From NCBI GenBank assembly GCA_000388065.2, contig KB932207.1: a stretch of DNA of 13,382 nucleotides. One strand, given 5' to 3'. Position numbers and translations under genes: made by a program. Source of the DNA: Fonticula alba ATCC 38817 (lineage: Eukaryota > Protista > Nucleariida). Below, one piece after another: positions 9,118 through 13,382 of this stretch. Numbering within the stretch: the stretch's first letter is position 1; every line of letters starts with the position of its first letter. The notes beneath the pieces were generated by a model. It was not told where the DNA came from. It saw nothing but the letters and a program-made list of their open reading frames with translations, and made no database searches.

Positions 9118-10719
9118 GTTCACTCTCAGCGCGAGATCTGACCCATCCTCTCGCTCTGCCCCTCCCTCCGGCCCCAGGCTGCCGTCCGTCAGCCCCATGG
9201 CCCGTCTGGGCGCCTCGGCGCGAGTCGTCGCCGCCCCTCTGGCCTCGCTGCAGTCGCGCGAGGAGACTCCCGCCCGGGCTGCCGCGGCCCCGGCTGTCGC
9301 CAACCGCCCGGCCGTGTCCATGTGGGCCGTGTCGCGCGCTTACTCGCAGCACTCGCTCGAGGGCATGCACTCGGCTGGCATGGCTCGTCGTAACTACTCG
9401 ACCGCGCCGAGCAGCTCGGCGGCGGCGGTGGCGGCGGCGGCCACCCCTTCCGACGCGCCGGCCTCTGTGAGCGCCGCTGTGTCCGAGGCCGCGGCGGCGG
9501 CCCCGCTGGGCTCGGCCAGCCTGCCGGAATCGCTCGCCGCGGCGATCGGCGCCGATGACACTGCCCCTGCGCATGTGTCGGACTTTGCCAACTACGATCT
9601 GACCAACAAGGCGGATCTCTACAACTATGGCCTGGATGGCTTTTTCCGGTGCGCCCCGATGGAGGCTTCCTTTCGGCCATCCTGGCCTGTTTGTCTGCCT
9701 TTTTTCCCCCCCCCCCCCCCCCCCCCCCCGTCTCCTGCTGACTCGCGTCCGCCATGCCTGCAGTGGCTATTTCTCGGAGTTCCTGAATGTTCTGCACTTC
9801 GACGCCGGGCTCCCCTGGTGGGGTGCCATCCTTGGTCTGTCGGTGGGCATTCGTGTTGTGGCCTTCCCCTTCCTGGCGCGCCAGGTGCGCGCCAGTGCTG
9901 TCATGCAGAACATGATGCCCCAGATGTCTGTCATCCGCATGGAGATGGAGGCCGCCCAGCGCAAGGGCGACAAGGCCAAGGCCGCGGAGGCCACGCAGAA
10001 GATCGCAGCCATGTTCACCGCCAACAAGGTGAACCCCCTGTCCCCGGTGCTGTATGGTCTGCTGCCGACTCCCTTCTTCGTTGGAACCTTCATGGCGCTG
10101 AACCAGGTGTGTTTCCCCCCCCCCCCCCCNNNNNNNNNNNNNNNNNNNNNNNNNNNNNNNNNNNNNNNNNNNNNNNNNNNNNNNNNNNNNNNNNNNNNNN
10201 NNNNNNNNNNNNNNNNNNNNNNNNNNNNNNNNNNNNNNNNNNNNNNNNNNNNNNNNNNNNNNNNNNNNNNNNNNNNNNNNNNNNNNNNNNNNNNNNNNNN
10301 NNNNNNNNNNNNNNNNNNNNNNNNGTGTGTATGCGTGTGTATGTGACTGCGTCTTTACTAACGAGCCCATGCATGTGCGCACGCAGAGCGTCCTCATGTA
10401 CTGGACGTCCTCCTCGATCCTGACCATCTTCATGAACAATGCCCTGCGCCGGATTGGGTTCCTGCGCCGTATGTATGACATCCCGGAGATGGTTGTGACC
10501 GCCGAGCAGCGGCAGGCGGCCACCGCCATCCAGACTCACGCGGCCGTGGCCAAGAACAACCCGGCCTTCGCCCAGCAGGAGGAGCAAATCAGGTCCTCCA
10601 TGAAGAACTACGAGCTCCGGCAGAAGGCCGCCCTGAAGCCCAACCACACGCAGGTCATGTCGTCGACTCGTCCGCGTGTTGCCCCGAAGGCCAACAAGTC
10701 GGTCACCGTCAACAAGTGA
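8995..10719 (+). CDS. OXA1: Mitochondrial inner-membrane insertase Oxa1 (YidC/Oxa1/Alb3 family). Exons 8995-9011, 9178-9648, 9764-10106, [exon 4 absent at the gap, found at 12956-13171], 10387-10719; ~459 aa when completed
   Basis: Family motifs LHFDAGLPWWGAILGLSVGIRVVAFPF, NKVNPLSPVL..LLPTPFFVGTFMAL, SLQTGGLFSFTDL..PD and FPSSVLMYWTSS are present. The N-terminus is presequence-like (MLSRSLLPSVSPMARLGASAR...RRNYS). A basic C-terminal tail favours Oxa1 over Cox18. All junctions are GT..AG with matching phases. The first exon is less certain, because an in-frame ATG also exists at 9197. Confidence 0.9.
9077..9114. repeat. (GT)19 microsatellite in predicted OXA1 intron 1
   Basis: Directly visible. 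Confidence 0.95.
10130..10324. other. Assembly gap (195 N) where OXA1 exon 4 is expected
   Basis: Run of N between a GTGTGT donor plus poly-C and the 3' part of an intron with TACTAAC (10356-10362) and an ACGCAG acceptor. Confidence 1.
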
Positions 10720-10764
10720 AGGAGGCAGATGGTGGCATGCGTGCGCCTCCCCTCGGGTTTGCGA

Positions 10765-10807
10765 CGGCGGCGGCGGCGGCGGCGGCTGCTGCTGCTGCTG
10801 CTGCTGC
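10765..10807. repeat. Compound (GGC)n(CTG)n trinucleotide tract in the probable OXA1 3' UTR
   Basis: Directly visible about 45 nt after the OXA1 stop. Confidence 0.85.
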
Positions 10808-11443
10808 CTGTGATGCTGCCAGGTGGCGGCTCGGGTGACCGCATGCATGTGTGGTCCTTTGTCGTTTATAGAATGTCCTTCGCTTTGCGCTTTTTTTGTC
10901 ACGCGCATGCGCGTGTGTTTATGTGCCTGTGTAGTGTGCGTCCATTGTCCTACGCATTTCACCATGCCATCCCCGCGGCCGGGGTCTGCCCTCCTCCCTT
11001 CCCCATGTGCCTGGTCCAGCGGGGGGTGCGCATGCGTCCAACCATCAGATACCTTGATGTCCCCCTTGTCATAGCATGAGGCCCTCTGCTCCTCCGTCTC
11101 TCTCTTCCTCCCCCCCTCTCTCTCTCTCTCTCCTCCTCGCCCCAATCTACACGTTGAATGTTTCGCACTTTCCTCTTTTTAGGGTCTTTTTTTTTTTGCT
11201 CTCCTCCCCGTGGGAGCCCGCCAAGAGGAAGCCCAGCAAGAGGGGCCTCTCCACTTCCTCCCTCTTTCTCTCTCTCTCTCTCCCTCTCTGTGCATGTGCG
11301 TGCGTGTGTGTGTGTGTGTGTGCCTGCTCTTGTGTTTTCCCGCGAACATGTGCCCGTGCGTGTTCAGATGAGAGGGGCTAGTCGTTTGTGGTCTCGGGGG
11401 GCCAAGAAGGTGTGGGGAGGAGCATTTCGTGCAAAAGAAGTGG

Positions 11444-11450
11444 TATATAA
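11444..11450 (+). promoter_or_regulatory. TATA-like element (TATATAA) at about -38 to -32 of the first tRNA-Ala gene
   Basis: The motif and its spacing are visible. Upstream TATA elements are known for Pol III tRNA genes in plants and fission yeast; function here is untested. Confidence 0.5.
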
Positions 11451-11481
11451 GGACCGGCCTCGGGGGAGGCCCCATCGTTGA

Positions 11482-11553
11482 GGGGTAATAGCTCAGTGGT
11501 AGAGCACCCGCTTCGCATGCGGGGGGTCTGGAGTTCAATCCTCCATTGCTCCA
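11482..11553 (+). tRNA. tRNA-Ala (anticodon CGC), copy 1
   Basis: 72-nt cloverleaf: acceptor GGGGTAA/TTGCTCC with the G3:U70 Ala determinant, D arm GCTC-AGTGGTA-GAGC, anticodon arm CCCGC-TTCGCAT-GCGGG, T arm TGGAG-TTCAATC-CTCCA, discriminator A. Confidence 0.97.
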
Positions 11554-11555
11554 TC

Positions 11556-11565
11556 TTTTCTTTTT
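11556..11565 (+). terminator. Pol III oligo-dT terminator of tRNA copy 1
   Basis: TTTTCTTTTT lies immediately downstream of the tRNA. Confidence 0.75.
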
Positions 11566-11610
11566 CCCGGCCTCCCGAAGACACCCGCCGCCCCGGAGAA
11601 GACCTCCCGC

Positions 11611-11614
<4 letters not shown>

Positions 11615-11650
<36 letters not shown>
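11615..11650. repeat. (GT)18 microsatellite
   Basis: Directly visible. Confidence 0.95.
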
Positions 11651-11658
<8 letters not shown>

Positions 11659-12308
11659 CGCCGCACCCGAGTGGGAGGAACCGCTGTGCAACCGGCCCGA
11701 CGCTGCCCCCTGCGCCTCCGGTTTCCTGGCCCTTCCCCGACCGGTCGCATTTGGTGGTGCCCCTCTGCCCTGGCATGCTCACCAATGCCTGCCTGAGCGC
11801 TGGGGTAGATCGCATCCACCCCGGGCCTTGTTCTCGGTGAGAGCAGGACCTGGCCGCCAGCATGCAGCTGGCAGAAGGCCGCAACTGTCGCTCAGTGTCC
11901 CCTCTTCGGCCCTGGTACCGGCGTCCTTCCCTGGGCAGCCTGGTCCGATGGGGGAGCCGCGGTTTTCCGCCGACATCCCAGCATCTTGAGGAATGCTCAT
12001 TCTCTTCTCGGTGTCTGTGCCACTTGCCCTTTGCCCGGACAGAGACGTGGCTCTCCATTCGGCCCCTCGTCCGGGGGAGGGGCGTGACTTCGTTCGTGAT
12101 GGGCTTTTCCCCGAGGCCACAGATGGCCAGCTTCCTCCCTTGCCCTGCCCCGGTGGTGGGTCTTGTCTTGTCAGGGTGTGCCTCCTCTCTCGGGATGGAA
12201 TGCCTCGAGTGGTTGTGTGTGCATCTTCTCGGGTGCGGGAGGATGTCGCAGGCCAGGCATTTGAAGCACGCTCTTTTAGCGGTGCATCCGCAGGATGCTC
12301 CACCGACA

Positions 12309-12380
12309 GGGGTAATAGCTCAGTGGTAGAGCACCCGCTTCGCATGCGGGGGGTCTGGAGTTCAATCCTCCATTGCTCCA
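12309..12380 (+). tRNA. tRNA-Ala (CGC), copy 2
   Basis: Identical to copy 1 at all 72 nt, followed by T4 (12389-12392) and T5 (12397-12401). Confidence 0.97.
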
Positions 12381-12707
12381 TGCCTATCTTTTGCTCTTTT
12401 TCGGCTCCGTTCGGTTGAACACAGCTTGCCGGCGGGGGGCTCCCTGTGTATGTGTGTGTGTGTGCGCGCGAAAGTGTGAAATGTCAGGAGTGGATCGCGC
12501 GTTATTTCATCCCTCCCAGTGGCAGGCCCGGAGTGCGAAGAGCGCCAGATGAGGGCGGAAAGCCGTGCGTCTGTCGTCCTCCGACGGTCCGGGCTGCGCC
12601 GGGGAGAGAGGCAGGCAAGCGATAATCGAGGATGGGGAAAGGCCCCGGTGGCGGTGAAGTGCGCAAAGTCCAAATATCTCCCTGCCCGAGCAGATCATCA
12701 TGTATTC

Positions 12708-12779
12708 GGGGTAATAGCTCAGTGGTAGAGCACCCGCTTCGCATGCGGGGGGTCTGGAGTTCAATCCTCCATTGCTCCA
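12708..12779 (+). tRNA. tRNA-Ala (CGC), copy 3
   Basis: Identical to copy 1 at all 72 nt, followed by T5 (12783-12787). Confidence 0.97.
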
Positions 12780-12800
12780 TTCTTTTTGTTGGGCGGGAGC

Positions 12801-12810
12801 NNNNNNNNNN
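12801..12810. other. Assembly gap (10 N) preceding the displaced OXA1 segment
   Basis: Run of N. Confidence 1.
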
Positions 12811-12955
12811 CCCCCCCCTTTGCTGGCCACCCTCCTGCTGCCCGGCGGCCACTCACGCATCCTTCCGTCGCGCCCCTCCCCGTCGTCGTCATTGTGCCGG
12901 TCACCGTCGTCGGCTCCCGCCTTGCCTCCTGCCCCCCCCCTCCCCCCCCTGCCAG

Positions 12956-13171
12956 CTCGCCGCCTTCGACTTCCCCTCCCTGCAGACCGGTGGTCTTTTC
13001 TCCTTCACCGATCTCAATGCCCCGGACTACATGGGCCTGCTGCCCATCACCTCGGCCGCCTTCACCCTCATCTCCAGTGAGCTCAACTCCTCCGGTGGCC
13101 ACTCCGCCAACCGGACCGTGATGCGCACGCTTGCCATCGCCACCGCTGGCTTCACGGCCTGGTTCCCCTCG
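12956..13171 (+). CDS. OXA1: OXA1 exon 4 (72 codons, phase 0-0), out of genomic order
   Basis: Encodes LAAFDFPSLQTGGLFSFTDLNAPDYMGLLPITSAAFTLISSEL...MRTLAIATAGFTAWFPS between a GCCAG acceptor and a GTGCGT donor. It bridges ...FMALNQ (10106) and SVLMYW... (10387) exactly. Confidence 0.88.
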
Positions 13172-13316
13172 GTGCGTGGGCATCCACCATGGTCCCTCCC
13201 GATTTTTTGATGCTGCCTCGCCTTTTCTTGTCGGGATTCGCAGGCTCATCGCCGGGGTGGCCCTTTCCCCTGGCCGTCCGCCCTTCGGATGATGCCCCCC
13301 CCCCCCCCCCCCCGGC

Positions 13317-13348
13317 GTGTGTATGCGTGTGTATGTGACTGCGTCTTT
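13317..13348 (+). repeat. 32-nt exact direct copy of 10325-10356
   Basis: gtgtgtatgcgtgtgtatgtgactgcgtcttt occurs at both positions. Confidence 0.95.
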
Positions 13349-13382
13349 GAGGAGGGGGATCGGTGGGCAAGCGGCGCGCCCA
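13349..13382 (+). repeat. 34-nt exact direct copy of 7382-7415
   Basis: gaggagggggatcggtgggcaagcggcgcgccca occurs at both positions. Confidence 0.95.

Noticed and set aside
10900-10915. Perfect 16-bp palindrome CACGCGCATGCGCGTG in the OXA1 3' region
   Set aside because: It sits in alternating purine-pyrimidine low-complexity sequence that is abundant throughout the window. There is no partner element, target-site duplication or spacing pattern.
11551-11553. Apparent genomically encoded CCA end on the tRNAs
   Set aside because: The CC is C71-C72 of the acceptor stem and the A is discriminator 73. No extra CCA follows.
12546-12564. CAGATGAG-GGC-GGAAA-GCC resembling a hammerhead ribozyme core
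   Set aside because: The core is CAGAUGA rather than CUGAUGA, the GAAA is in the loop rather than after stem II, and no stems I or III are evident.
11482-12779. Identical repeats separated by unique spacers (CRISPR-like or tRNA-derived SINE)
   Set aside because: The repeats are complete 72-nt canonical tRNAs with terminators, the spacers are hundreds of nt long and unequal, and there are no cas genes, SINE bodies, tails or TSDs.
11379-12852. ORFs with repeated peptide MEQWRIELQTPRMRSGCSTTELLP
   Set aside because: These are antisense translations of the three tRNA genes.

Overview
GC-rich, intron-containing eukaryotic draft-assembly DNA with three N gaps and many microsatellites. The style resembles a Fonticula-like unicellular opisthokont, but that is inference and was not verified. 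Hand-splicing gives four elements. (1) A 9-exon RMC1/Mic1 (C18orf8-like, regulator of MON1-CCZ1) gene on the minus strand, 7264->261, about 1366 aa. (2) A divergent mitochondrial OXA1/YidC insertase gene on the plus strand starting at 8995. Its fourth exon is missing at the 10130-10324 gap but is present out of order at 12956-13171. (3) Three identical tRNA-Ala(CGC) genes. (4) A 1617-nt phase 1-1 exon from an unrelated Cys-rich/FG-GAP-type surface-protein gene, sitting inside RMC1 intron 6 and spliceable in frame. The main anomalies are this foreign exon, the displaced OXA1 exon and a terminal chimeric junction back to position 7382. All lie next to N gaps, poly-C/G runs or the window end, so mis-assembly is the leading explanation. 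The foreign exon and the junction are still worth a direct test. All 13 inferred splice donors follow GT-R-Y-G (10 are GTGCG), none GTRAG. I found no evidence for a prokaryotic-type novel system.
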